Source: an uncultured archaeon
Lineage (GTDB): Archaea > Asgardarchaeota > Lokiarchaeia > Sigyniarchaeales > SOKP01
Length of the DNA stretch: 64,000 nt
Reading direction: 5' to 3'
Assembly (NCBI GenBank): GCA_964486045.1
Contig: CAZALK010000010.1
Coordinates: 1 to 64,000 of the forward strand
Every line of letters begins with the position of its first letter. Position 1 is the first letter of the stretch. Shown one piece after another: positions 22,981-33,486 of this stretch. The position numbers were made by a program, and so were the translations under genes. The notes below the pieces were generated by a model that saw only the letters and a program-made list of their open reading frames with translations, had not been told where the DNA came from and did not search any database.

Positions 22981-23125
22981 GCGTGTAATAATATAATTAC
23001 AAAATTAAGTTTAATTAATGAAATTCAAAAAAACGACAAATATTACAGTTTCATATTTAATATCAATCAAGTTGATAAGTTAATTATTTATATCATTATT
23101 CAAAAGAAAATTTGATAGTGATCAC

Positions 23126-24418
23126 ATGAATTCAGAAGAATCAACTCCAATAAATTGGATTAGAAATAATCAAGAAAAAGTTGTGAAGTTCATTCAAGAT
23201 TTAGTTCGGATACCTAGTGTTTCTGGAAAAGAAGAAGATGTCCAAAAATTAATATTTGGAAAGCTTACAGAATTGAATCTTGATCCAAAATATGTTTATC
23301 CCGACATTGAAAAATTAAAAAAAAATGAAGACTTTTTCGAAACAACTTCTTTTACTAAATATGGCTATGAAAATCGTCCTAACGTTGCAGGTATCTTTAA
23401 AGGAACCGGTGGTGGTAGATCTATATGTCTTAATGGGCACGTTGACGTGGTTAGCCCAGAACCAGTAGAGCACTGGACCTATGATCCATGGGGTGGCGAG
23501 AAGGTTGATGATTTCATTTATGGTCGAGGTGCTGGAGACATGAAAGCAGGTGTCGCATCTATAATTTTTGCAATTCAAGCTCTTAAGGAAACAAATACCA
23601 AATTAAAGGGTGACGTTTTAATAGAAACAACGATCGATGAAGAAGATGGCGGTATCGGAGGGTGCCTATATATGCGCTTGACTCAACCAAAAGTGGAGGC
23701 AGCATTAATACCTGAACCTGGAGGTAATTCCATTGGTGTTGCTAGTGCAGGAGTGATGTATTTTCGTGTAGTTGTGATTGGTATTCCCGCACACGCGGCT
23801 ACAGCTCATTATGGTGTGAACGCAATTACTAAGATGGTTCCCATAATTGAGGCCCTCAAAATATTAAACAAAAAAAGGCAAGAAAAAATTCATTATCAAT
23901 ACTCTGAAGTAGATCCTAGCATGAAGGGAAAAGCAACAACTCTTAATATTGGAACGATTAAAGCAGGGGATTGGCCATCGACAGTACCAGCTTTGTGTAC
24001 TCTCGAATGCCGTATTGGATTCCCTCCTGGAGAAACTCGGGAAATAGTTATCGATCAAATTGAAAACACTATCCAAAATGCTGCAAATGAGGATGAATGG
24101 TTAAGAGAACACCCCCCTAAAATAGAATGGTTTGGGTGGAAGGCTAGACCTCATGAACAAGATCCTAAACATCCATTCGTAAAACTTCTAGAAACAAATA
24201 TTAAAAAATTTACTAAAGAAACTCCGTTGTATGTTGGTGGTGCAGCGGGTCTAGATACTCGGTTCTTTGTTCATCACGGTATCCCTGCAGTATCATTTGG
24301 TCCATACGGTGAGAAAATTCATTCCATAGATGAAAGAGTTTCAATTAGCTCTACTCTGAAAACAACCGAAATCATAATTAGTACAATAATAGATTGGTGT
24401 AGTGTAGAAAAAAATTGA
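23126..24418 (+). CDS. ArgE/DapE-family M20 deacylase/peptidase
   Basis: LNGHVDVV, YGRGAGDMKAG, DEE, PEP, HSIDE. Confidence 0.9.
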   Translation: MNSEESTPINWIRNNQEKVVKFIQDLVRIPSVSGKEEDVQKLIFGKLTELNLDPKYVYPDIEKLKKNEDFFETTSFTKYGYENRPNVAGIFKGTGGGRSICLNGHVDVVSPEPVEHWTYDPWGGEKVDDFIYGRGAGDMKAGVASIIFAIQALKETNTKLKGDVLIETTIDEEDGGIGGCLYMRLTQPKVEAALIPEPGGNSIGVASAGVMYFRVVVIGIPAHAATAHYGVNAITKMVPIIEALKILNKKRQEKIHYQYSEVDPSMKGKATTLNIGTIKAGDWPSTVPALCTLECRIGFPPGETREIVIDQIENTIQNAANEDEWLREHPPKIEWFGWKARPHEQDPKHPFVKLLETNIKKFTKETPLYVGGAAGLDTRFFVHHGIPAVSFGPYGEKIHSIDERVSISSTLKTTEIIISTIIDWCSVEKN

Positions 24419-24439
24419 TGGTATAATCTTATTTATAAT

Positions 24440-25693
24440 CTAATTTCTTTTTTCCAAAATTTGGAGGTTTTCTTCAATTATTTTTAGACCTTTCTCTAGT
24501 TCTTCATCATTGATTACAAGGGGCATAAGTAACCTTATCGTACTTCCATATTTTCCACATGTTAGTATTACCAAGCCCTTTTCATAGCATAAGTTGACTA
24601 AATCCTTTGCTTTATCTTTATCAGGTTTATTCGCTTCAGAATCAATTATTTCAAATGCTAGCATAGAACCAATTCCATTAATATTTCCGACGATTTTAAA
24701 ATTTTCTTGCCAGATTTTAAGTTGCTTTTTCAATTTCTGACCTAAAATTTCAGCTTTTTGTAATAAATTGTCTTCTTTAAATATATCGAGAACCGCTAAA
24801 GCTGCCCTACACGCTACTGGGTTACCACCATAAGTTCCACCCAGTCCACCATAATGAGGAGAATCCATAATTTCTTTACGTCCTACAACTGCACTTAAAG
24901 GTAATCCCGCTGCTAGACTCTTAGCTAGAATAATAATATCAGGATTAACATTCCAATGTTCAATCGCAAACATTTTTCCTGTTCGGCCAAAACCAGATTG
25001 GATCTCATCTACAATAAACAGAATTCCATGTTCTTGACATAATTTAACAATATTTGGGAAGAATTCTGGAGGTGGAGCGATAAATCCGCCTTCCCCTTGA
25101 ACAGGTTCTGTAATAATAGCGGCGACAGATTCTGGTGCTATATGATCAATAAGAAATGTTTCAAATAATTTAGCGTCACCGAAGGGGATTCGATAAATCT
25201 CTGGAGCAAAAGGCCCAAAGCCTAATTTATATGGTTTTACTTTACTTGTTAAACTCATTCCCATGAGTGTTCTCCCATGGAAAGCATTTTCAAACGTGAT
25301 TATTCCAGTTCGTTTTGTATAATATCGAGCTACTTTTATAGCATTTTCTACAGCTTCAGCACCACTATTTGCTAAAAAAGCCATTTTTGGGAAATCTCCA
25401 GGTGTAATTTTACAGAGTCTTTTTGCTAATTCTACATATGGTTCGTACATTGCGACATGAAAACATGTATGGATGTATTTTTCAGCTTGATCTTTAATAG
25501 CATTCACAACTTTAGGATGACAATGACCCACGTTAATTGTTCCTATACCACCGGCAAAATCTATCATTTCAAATCCTTCAATATCGGTCATTTTAGCACC
25601 TTTTGCTTTTTCGATAAATGAAGGAATCGTATTGAAAACAGCTTGCGGGACATATTTATTCCGCATTTCAAGCAGATCTTTATTTTTTTTCAT
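24440..25693 (-). CDS. gabT: 4-aminobutyrate aminotransferase (class III PLP enzyme)
   Basis: DFAGGIG, NSGAEAVENAIK, FHGRT, EPVQGEGG, DEIQSGFGRTG, AKSLAAG, GGTYGGNP. Confidence 0.88.
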   Translation of the reverse strand: MKKNKDLLEMRNKYVPQAVFNTIPSFIEKAKGAKMTDIEGFEMIDFAGGIGTINVGHCHPKVVNAIKDQAEKYIHTCFHVAMYEPYVELAKRLCKITPGDFPKMAFLANSGAEAVENAIKVARYYTKRTGIITFENAFHGRTLMGMSLTSKVKPYKLGFGPFAPEIYRIPFGDAKLFETFLIDHIAPESVAAIITEPVQGEGGFIAPPPEFFPNIVKLCQEHGILFIVDEIQSGFGRTGKMFAIEHWNVNPDIIILAKSLAAGLPLSAVVGRKEIMDSPHYGGLGGTYGGNPVACRAALAVLDIFKEDNLLQKAEILGQKLKKQLKIWQENFKIVGNINGIGSMLAFEIIDSEANKPDKDKAKDLVNLCYEKGLVILTCGKYGSTIRLLMPLVINDEELEKGLKIIEENLQILEKRN

Positions 25694-25824
25694 GATCTTA
25701 ACCTTTTATATAAAGATTTTTAATAAAAGAAATCAATAATATTTTTTATGTTTTTTACTTAAAAAATGTTTGATAATTCATTACGAAAATTGATTTAAAA
25801 TAAGTTTAATTCTTTATATTCAAT

Positions 25825-26607
25825 ATGTTAATATTTTCGTTGAAGCTTCCCCTTATTAAAGAAAATGATGATTTATTAAGAATAATTATTGAGAATATAA
25901 GGGAAAAGGGTGAAAAACTAAAAGATGGTGACATCATAGTAGTCGCGGAAAAAGTTGTAGCTACTTCACAGGGAAGAGTTGTAAAACTAACTAATGTTAC
26001 TGATATATCTGAAAAGGCAAAAGAATTAGCACAAGAATATGATATGGATGAACGTTTTGTAGAACTTATAATACGGGAATCTTCTATGATTTTAGGAGGA
26101 ATGACACATGTTATACTGGCGCAGGTGAACGATTTTTTAATCGCAAATGCGGGAATTGATCAATCAAACGCAGGACTAGGAAAAGTCGTTCTCCTACCAA
26201 AAGATCTGGATAAAATTGCTTGGGAATTTAGGAGAAAATTGAAAAAAGAATTTGGAATAAATAACTTGGGAGTAATCATCTCAGATTCAAGAGTTCAACC
26301 TCTAAGAAAAGGTACAATTGGAATAGCTATAGCAACAGCGGGATTTGAACCTGTGGAAGACTTGATAGGAAAACCAGATCTTTTTAATAGACCCATGGAA
26401 ATAACAATGAGGGCAATAGCGGATGATCTTACTAGCGCAGCTCAATTTCTTCTTAGTGAGGCTGATCAGCAAACACCTGTCGTTATTATTAGGGAGAGCA
26501 ATGTAGAGTTTACTGAAAATCCTAAATCAACTCCAGAAATGGCACCAGAAAAGTGTCTCTACATGAACATTTTCTCAAAATATCTTTTACAAAAAAATCA
26601 GAAGTAA
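25825..26607 (+). CDS. cofE: Coenzyme F420-0:L-glutamate ligase
   Basis: GDIIVVAEKVV, ANAGIDQSN, ISDS...PLRKG, DLIGKPDLFNR, ADDLTSAA, TPVVIIR. Confidence 0.9.
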   Translation: MLIFSLKLPLIKENDDLLRIIIENIREKGEKLKDGDIIVVAEKVVATSQGRVVKLTNVTDISEKAKELAQEYDMDERFVELIIRESSMILGGMTHVILAQVNDFLIANAGIDQSNAGLGKVVLLPKDLDKIAWEFRRKLKKEFGINNLGVIISDSRVQPLRKGTIGIAIATAGFEPVEDLIGKPDLFNRPMEITMRAIADDLTSAAQFLLSEADQQTPVVIIRESNVEFTENPKSTPEMAPEKCLYMNIFSKYLLQKNQK

Positions 26608-26747
26608 ATTAGGTTCAAGTTAACGGTTGTCTAGTAATAGTCTTTTTCTTATATTATTAATTTTTCATGAAAATCTTCTCAGATAGATTTTTTTGAAATC
26701 AATAATACATTAGGATATATTAAAGGTTAAAATTTTAAAATACAACT

Positions 26748-28049
26748 ATGAAGGAATTAAAATATCTCACGATTAAAAAAGCTCTGGAAGTCAATGCTAC
26801 TCAAGTTAACTTGAGAGGGTGGGTCTATAGAGAAAGAAAGTCAAATAAGTTCGTTTTCATCGTTTTAAGGGATGGTTCAGATATTATTCAGTGTGTCATC
26901 TCAAAAAGTAAAAGTCCAGAGATATTTGAAAAAGCTGAAAAATTAACAATTGAATCCTCAGTTAAAGTCTCAGGTGATCTAAAAAAGGATGAGAGGGCAC
27001 CTACGGGATATGAAGTATCTGTGACCGCTTTAGATATAATCCAAATTGCGGAACCTTTCCCAATTACACAATATCAATCACCTGAACTTTTATACGATAA
27101 TAGGCATCTTTGGTTAAGATCAAGGAGATTAAATTCAATTCTAAAAATTCGTCACACAATTGTTGGTGCAATTCACGAATTCTTTAGAACGAATGGTTAT
27201 TATGAATTTACTGCACCAATTTTCCAACCCAGTATGTCAGAAGGTGGATCTACATTATTTGAAGTGAAATATTTTAATGATACTGTGTATCTTAGCCAAT
27301 CATGGCAGTTATATGCAGAAGCAGGAATCTTTTCATTGGGGAAAATTTACAATATGGGACCAACCTTTAGGGCTGAAAAATCAAAAACTTCAAGACATCT
27401 GTCAGAATTTTGGATGGCAGAAATGGAAGCTGCATTTATGCAACTGTATGAGCTTACAGAAGTTGCAAAAGATGAGATACGCTTTATCATACAACAAGTT
27501 TTGAAACATAACATGACGGAACTTGATATTTTAGAAAGAAACATAAATTTATTAGAAGAATATGTTAAAGCAGAATATCCTACAATTAAATACGCTGAAG
27601 CCTTAGACATCCTCAATAATAAATACAATATGAATGTTCCTTGGGGTAAAGATCTAAGAACAATCGAGGAAGAAAAGATTGCTGAACATTTTAAGGTTCC
27701 CGTCGTTGTTACACATTATCCTACTGAGATAATGGGTTTTTATAAACCACCCAGTGATGAAGATTCTAAGGAAGCACTCTGTTTTGATATGCTAGCTCCA
27801 GAAGGATATTGTGAAATAATTGGGGGTTCTGAAAGAAGTTTACTTGTAGATAATATGAAGGATAGATTAAAAGCAGAAGGAGAAGATCCAGAAACTTACT
27901 CATGGTATTTTGATCTGAGACGATATGGTAGCGTTCCTCATTCTGGTTATGGGTTAGGTGTAGAAAGAGTAATCTCTTGGATTTGTGGTTTGGATAATAT
28001 TAAAGATGCGATCCCATTTCCTAGGACTATGTTAAGGAAATCACCGTAA
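26748..28049 (+). CDS. asnS: Asparagine--tRNA ligase
   Basis: OB fold LRGWV...LRDG, RHLWLRS, FRAEKSKTSRHLSEFWM, EIIGGSER (AsnRS type rather than the AspRS EISSG), GLGVER. Confidence 0.9.
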   Translation: MKELKYLTIKKALEVNATQVNLRGWVYRERKSNKFVFIVLRDGSDIIQCVISKSKSPEIFEKAEKLTIESSVKVSGDLKKDERAPTGYEVSVTALDIIQIAEPFPITQYQSPELLYDNRHLWLRSRRLNSILKIRHTIVGAIHEFFRTNGYYEFTAPIFQPSMSEGGSTLFEVKYFNDTVYLSQSWQLYAEAGIFSLGKIYNMGPTFRAEKSKTSRHLSEFWMAEMEAAFMQLYELTEVAKDEIRFIIQQVLKHNMTELDILERNINLLEEYVKAEYPTIKYAEALDILNNKYNMNVPWGKDLRTIEEEKIAEHFKVPVVVTHYPTEIMGFYKPPSDEDSKEALCFDMLAPEGYCEIIGGSERSLLVDNMKDRLKAEGEDPETYSWYFDLRRYGSVPHSGYGLGVERVISWICGLDNIKDAIPFPRTMLRKSP

Positions 28050-28129
28050 GAAAATAAACTAGTAGTAGCAAATAGGAGTTAATAAATAGATCCTTTCTCT
28101 TAATTATTTAAAAGTGTGGTTTGTGTTAT

Positions 28130-29596
28130 ATGAAACTCTATGAATACATGGCATATGAACTCCTCGAAAAAATTAAGGATAGAGAAATTACTATTGAAGA
28201 AGTAATCCATCAAGTTTATGAAAGAATAGAAGAAACCGAGGATAAATTACATTCATTTGTTCATTTATCAAAAGATGAGGCGATTAATAAAGCTCAAAAA
28301 TTAGACAAAAAAATTAAAAATGGAAAGGCTATAGGAAAATTCTATGGCGTACCTATAGGGGTTAAGGATCTTATCTGCATTAAAGATAGTCCAACTACTT
28401 GTGGGTCTAAAATTTTACAAAACTATATTCCTCCGTATAATGCTACTGTAATTGAGAACTTAATTGAGAAAGAGGGTGCAATTTGTGTTGGGAGAACCAA
28501 TATGGATGAATTTGCCATGGGCTCTTCTACAGAAAATAGTTGTTATGGTCCAACGTATAATCCATGGAATTTAACCCATGTTCCAGGAGGATCAAGTGGG
28601 GGATCAGGAGCATGTGTAGCTTCAGCTCAAACACCAGTTGCATTGGGAAGTGATACTGGCGGAAGTGTTAGATGTCCTGCTTCTTATTGTGGTGTAGTGG
28701 GTTTAAAGCCTACCTATGGAAGAGTTTCCAGGTATGGTTTAGTCTCATATGCTAATTCACTAGATCAAATTGGTCCTCTATCAAGATGTGTTCGGGATAC
28801 AGCCCTATTATTAGAAATAATTGCGGGGCATGATCCCTTAGATTCTACAACAGTTGATATTAAAGTTAATAATTACACTATAAACCTTCAAAATCCAATA
28901 AACAATGTGACTGTCGGAGTACCAAAAGAATTTTTTAGTGAAGGTTTAGATAGGGGTGTAAAGGATAAGGTTAATGAAGCTATCGATAAATTATGTAGTT
29001 TAGGAGCTAAAAAAGTAGAAATTTCTTTTCCTCATTTAGAATATGCCATCCCAACCTATTATCTTATAGCTATGAGTGAAGCGAGTTCAAATTTAGCTAG
29101 ATATGATGGTTTGAGGTATGGAACTATGAGTGATGATAGTAATGGGGATGTTTATGAGGTGTTTAGTACCACTCGAAATGAAAAATTTGGTGCTGAGGTA
29201 AGAAGAAGGATTATTTTAGGAAGTTATACCCTTTCCGCGGGATATTATGATATGTTTTATTTGAAAGCATTGAAAGTAAGATCTTTGATTAAAGATGATT
29301 TTCAGAATGCGTTTAAACATTGTAATGTAATCGTTTGCCCTACAATGCCTACTACTGCATTTAAAATCGGAGAACTATTAGATGATCCATTACAAATGTA
29401 TTTAATGGATGTCTTAACTTGTCCTGTAAATCTTGCAGGGTTACCTGCGCTCTCAATTCCGTGTGGATTTGATGCAAAGGAGCTCCCAGTAGGATTTCAA
29501 ATAATTGGAGACTATTTTGATGAAAAATCAATACTTAACATTGGATATATGCTTGAACAGGAATTAAAGATCTACAAAAAGTTAGCAACACTATAA
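28130..29596 (+). CDS. gatA: Asp/Glu-tRNA amidotransferase subunit A
   Basis: Amidase signature VKD, NMDEFAMGSSTE, GGSSGGS, GSDTGGSVR, SSNLARYDG. ATG at 28130 is preferred over TTG at 28121. Confidence 0.95.
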   Translation: MKLYEYMAYELLEKIKDREITIEEVIHQVYERIEETEDKLHSFVHLSKDEAINKAQKLDKKIKNGKAIGKFYGVPIGVKDLICIKDSPTTCGSKILQNYIPPYNATVIENLIEKEGAICVGRTNMDEFAMGSSTENSCYGPTYNPWNLTHVPGGSSGGSGACVASAQTPVALGSDTGGSVRCPASYCGVVGLKPTYGRVSRYGLVSYANSLDQIGPLSRCVRDTALLLEIIAGHDPLDSTTVDIKVNNYTINLQNPINNVTVGVPKEFFSEGLDRGVKDKVNEAIDKLCSLGAKKVEISFPHLEYAIPTYYLIAMSEASSNLARYDGLRYGTMSDDSNGDVYEVFSTTRNEKFGAEVRRRIILGSYTLSAGYYDMFYLKALKVRSLIKDDFQNAFKHCNVIVCPTMPTTAFKIGELLDDPLQMYLMDVLTCPVNLAGLPALSIPCGFDAKELPVGFQIIGDYFDEKSILNIGYMLEQELKIYKKLATL

Positions 29597-29612
29597 AAAA
29601 GAGGAATATAAA

Positions 29613-31070
29613 TTGAGTTCTAATTATCAAGATGTTATTATTGGATTAGAAGTCCATATTCAACTTACAAATTTAAACACAAAATTATTTTGCAGTTGTA
29701 ATGCTGATTATCGAGGGGCTGAACCAAACACTTTCAATTGTCCAATTTGCTTGGGATTACCTGGATCTCTACCCACAATAAATAAGAAAGCTATCGAATT
29801 TGCTACACGATTAGCATTGGTATTAGATTGCAAAATTAACAAATTAACCTATTTTTTCCGAAAAAATTACTTTTATGTAGACCTTCCAAAAGGCTTTCAG
29901 ATCAGTCAATACAATAAAGCTGGAGGAAAAGCTTTCGCAGATGGAGGGAAAATAACAGTAAGATTAAACGGTTCAAAAAAGGATATTATACTTAACCGAA
30001 TTCACTTGGAAGAAGATCCTGCAAGGTTAGTTCACAAAGGATCTATTGCAACATCTCCATACACTTTAGTAGATTACAACAGATCAGGGGTTTGTCTTAT
30101 TGAAATCGTAACCGAACCTGTTATAAGTTCTCCTGAAGAAGCTAGAGAATATCTGAAAAAATTAAAATCAATAGTTCAATATACAGGTATTTCAGATCTA
30201 GATTTAACTGGAGCTGCTCGAGTCGATGCAAACATATCAATTAAAGGACATAAACGAAGCGAAATTAAAAATATTAATAGTTTTAAAGAAGTTGAACGTG
30301 CATTAAAATGGGAGATTCAAAGACAAAGAAATATGTTAAAACGAGGTAAAGAATTAACTCAAGAGACGAGGCATTGGGATGATAAAAGAAGAATCACAAT
30401 TTCTTTAAGAACAAAAGAATTTGAAGCGGATTACCGTTATTTTCCAGAACAGGATTTAGTCCCAATTGCAATAAATGAAGATTTTATCCAAAAAGTTAAG
30501 GATGATCTACCAGAAATGCCAAGTGAGAGATCGTTAAGGCTTACTAGAGATTATAATCTATCAGAATTTGATTCAGATAATTTAGTTTTAGATAAGGAAA
30601 TAGCAGATTTTTATGAAGATGGTGTAAATTCTGATCCATCCTTCGGTTCTAAAGAATTTAAGCAATATTGCAATTGGTTAATAAACGATGTATTTCGCCA
30701 TTTAAACGAACAAAATAAGTCATTAAAAGACACAAAACTTCACCCACACCAACTAGTTGATTTAGTGAACCACATTAATGAAGGTAAAATTACAACTAAG
30801 ATTGCTAAATCCTTCATAGATGATATGATGAGGGGAATTTCATTATCCAAAATTATTGATAAAAAGGGTAAAAAAAGAATTTCAAATGAAGAATTTATCG
30901 AAAGAAATTGTGTAGAAGCTATTAAAGAAAATCCAAAAATAGTTGAAGATTTTCGGATTAATTCAAGGGCTATTGAAGCATTAATAGGTAAGGTAATGGG
31001 AAAAACTAAAGGTCAGGTTGACCCAAAAATCACTAGAAAAATAATGATTAAACTTCTTGAAGAAAAGTGA
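29613..31070 (+). CDS. gatB: Asp/Glu-tRNA amidotransferase subunit B
   Basis: IGLEVHIQL, CPICLGLPG, RKNYFY.DLPKGFQISQ, HLEED, EIKNINS, ADYRYFPE. Confidence 0.95.
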   Translation: MSSNYQDVIIGLEVHIQLTNLNTKLFCSCNADYRGAEPNTFNCPICLGLPGSLPTINKKAIEFATRLALVLDCKINKLTYFFRKNYFYVDLPKGFQISQYNKAGGKAFADGGKITVRLNGSKKDIILNRIHLEEDPARLVHKGSIATSPYTLVDYNRSGVCLIEIVTEPVISSPEEAREYLKKLKSIVQYTGISDLDLTGAARVDANISIKGHKRSEIKNINSFKEVERALKWEIQRQRNMLKRGKELTQETRHWDDKRRITISLRTKEFEADYRYFPEQDLVPIAINEDFIQKVKDDLPEMPSERSLRLTRDYNLSEFDSDNLVLDKEIADFYEDGVNSDPSFGSKEFKQYCNWLINDVFRHLNEQNKSLKDTKLHPHQLVDLVNHINEGKITTKIAKSFIDDMMRGISLSKIIDKKGKKRISNEEFIERNCVEAIKENPKIVEDFRINSRAIEALIGKVMGKTKGQVDPKITRKIMIKLLEEK

Positions 31071-31113
31071 ATAAAAGGTTAAAACAAATAAGATTTTAAA
31101 TTAGAATTTAAAT

Positions 31114-32784
31114 GTGAAGGAAAACATGAGTGAAAAAGTGAAAAAAAAACCAGCGCACTGGATTGATAAATTAACGTCTAATTTAATTGAGAATTGGCCG
31201 GAAGTAGAGAATTATAATTGTAATTGCGGTATTTCTGTATCTGGTCAGCAACATGTAGGGCGATTAAGGGGGGAGATAGTACTCACAAATGCTGTTGTAA
31301 CCGAACTTCAAGCCCTTGGACACGAAGCTACACATAATTTAATCCTCTATACATCTGATCCTTGGAAGGGTAAAGAATCGCAATTGAATGAGTTTTCAAA
31401 CCCAAAAGAAGCAGAAAAATACATAAATTGGCGATTAATTGACGTTCCTGGTCCTACAGATCCGGAGATATCATGGGTAGATGAATATTGGAAAGATTTT
31501 GGAGTACCATTACCAAAATTCGGGAGTGATATACAGATAATTCGAACTCACGAATTGTACCAGCAACAAAGAATGAAAAAAGTAGTAATTGAATTAATTA
31601 ATAAAAAAAATCAAATTAGAGATATTTTAAACAAATTTCGCAAAGAAAATCCTTACCCCGAAGATTGGCTCCCCATAAATCCCCTTTGTGAACAATGTAA
31701 TCGGATAGGAACAACAACAGCCTTAGAAATTAATACAAAAACATATCAAGTTCATTATTTCTGTAAGGAGTGTCAACACGATGGATGGTCTGATATTAGT
31801 AAAGGAAAATTGACTTGGCGACTCGAATGGTTAGCAATCTGGTATGTTCTTAATATCCACTTTGAACCTTATGGAAAAGATCATGCAACGCCAGGAGGAT
31901 CAAGAGATAGTTGTTTAGAAATTATAGAGACTGTTTTACAGCATAAAGGTCCACATGGATTTTGGAATGAGTGGGTGGGTTATTCAGAGGGTCGAAAAGA
32001 TTATGGAGATATGACAAGTTCAGGTTTTATTGGATTTACACCAACAAAATGGCTTGAATACGCTGATCCAGAAGTGTTAAAGTATGCTTATCTTAAAACA
32101 CCACCTAGAAGAAGAATGGTCCTCGGGTTAGACAAAATTTCAAATTATATTTCTGAATTTGACCGAGCTCAAAGGATTTATCACGGAATAGAAAAATTTG
32201 AAGACCCCAACGAGCTTCTATCAATTAAAAGAAGCTATGAAATGGTATTTTATAACAATATCCCTGAATATAGGGGATTCCAACTAGATTTTCAGCATGC
32301 AATCATACTTTCTCAATTAACAACTTCTGACCAAAAAGGAGCTTCACAAGCCATTGAAAAATTAATTGAAACTGAAATTTTAAAGAAGAAACCTTCAAAT
32401 GAAATTAAATCTCATATTCAAATGCGCATAACTCAGGGGAGAAACTGGATAAATTCGAAATATGCTCCAGATCATTTAAAAATTCAATTAGATGGTCACA
32501 TATCAACAGATATTTTAGAACAATTTGATTTAAAGATCCGTAATCTTCTAATAGATTTAGCTAGTGCACTCGAAAAAATAAAATGGACTGAGGATGGAAT
32601 AAAAAAAGAAATGATGACGTTAAGAGAAAAGGCAGAGTTATCTCGAAAAGAAATGAATCAATTCTTCCAAATTTTGTATCAAATTTTTCTTGGAGATTCA
32701 AGAGGACCTAGATTTTCGCCGTTTATAGCAACGCTGGATAAAAATTGGGTCATTAATAAACTTCAAGATGTCAAAAAGATCTAA
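31114..32784 (+). CDS. lysS: Lysine--tRNA ligase, class I
   Basis: HW, GISVSGQQHVG (HIGH-like), CxxC pairs, GKLTWRLEW, EPYGKDH, MTSS (KMSKS-like), RGPRF. Confidence 0.93.
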   Translation: MKENMSEKVKKKPAHWIDKLTSNLIENWPEVENYNCNCGISVSGQQHVGRLRGEIVLTNAVVTELQALGHEATHNLILYTSDPWKGKESQLNEFSNPKEAEKYINWRLIDVPGPTDPEISWVDEYWKDFGVPLPKFGSDIQIIRTHELYQQQRMKKVVIELINKKNQIRDILNKFRKENPYPEDWLPINPLCEQCNRIGTTTALEINTKTYQVHYFCKECQHDGWSDISKGKLTWRLEWLAIWYVLNIHFEPYGKDHATPGGSRDSCLEIIETVLQHKGPHGFWNEWVGYSEGRKDYGDMTSSGFIGFTPTKWLEYADPEVLKYAYLKTPPRRRMVLGLDKISNYISEFDRAQRIYHGIEKFEDPNELLSIKRSYEMVFYNNIPEYRGFQLDFQHAIILSQLTTSDQKGASQAIEKLIETEILKKKPSNEIKSHIQMRITQGRNWINSKYAPDHLKIQLDGHISTDILEQFDLKIRNLLIDLASALEKIKWTEDGIKKEMMTLREKAELSRKEMNQFFQILYQIFLGDSRGPRFSPFIATLDKNWVINKLQDVKKI

Positions 32785-32820
32785 TTAATCCGATGAAATC
32801 TGAAAAAGGTGAAAAAAAAA

Positions 32821-33183
32821 TTATAAAAGCTTTCTGAGTACAGTACTAGCAGCATCCAGTTTTAAATTAATTATACCAAGTTTAGCTTCTTTTGTGGTAA
32901 TAATTGTTAGAATATTTCCCTCGATCTCACTAAAAAGTATTTTTCCTTTCTCAGACTCAATAATCGCACTGAAAAATTGTCCTTGTTCTAATTCTTTTGT
33001 GGCTCTTTGGCTTGCTTTCAAAATTAAAGTGACCATAGCAGCCACTGCTTCTGGGTCTACCCAACCTGGTAGAGCACTTCCCTTAATTAAACCAAATTTC
33101 TCAATAAGTGCCGCACCATGAACACCTTTAATTGCTTTTAAAGAATCTAGGATTTCTGTTAACCTTTCACTCATCTGACTCAT
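32821..33183 (-). CDS. Roadblock/LC7 (MglB-like) domain protein
   Basis: GVHGAALIEKFGLI...AVAAM...ELEQG...IIESEKGKIL...AKLGII. Confidence 0.9.
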   Translation of the reverse strand: MSQMSERLTEILDSLKAIKGVHGAALIEKFGLIKGSALPGWVDPEAVAAMVTLILKASQRATKELEQGQFFSAIIESEKGKILFSEIEGNILTIITTKEAKLGIINLKLDAASTVLRKLL

Positions 33184-33486
33184 ACCAACTTTGTTTTAGT
33201 GAGATTAAATTTTTATTAAGATGTAATTATATATACAAATCCTTATTAAAAAAGCTATTTGTCATTCTTTGACTTATTTTATTTATGAGATTATCTTAGA
33301 AGTTTCTAATATTCAGAAAGTGTCAATTATTTTAAAGAAAATAAGTCATGAATGCTATAAAAAATATTTTTTACCTCTATTTTTTTTCTATTTACATATC
33401 CTTATCATTCCATGAAAGACATAAGCATAAATATTCTATTTATGATCTTAAATACAGTTTAGGCTTAATTAACACAATTTTAGAAG

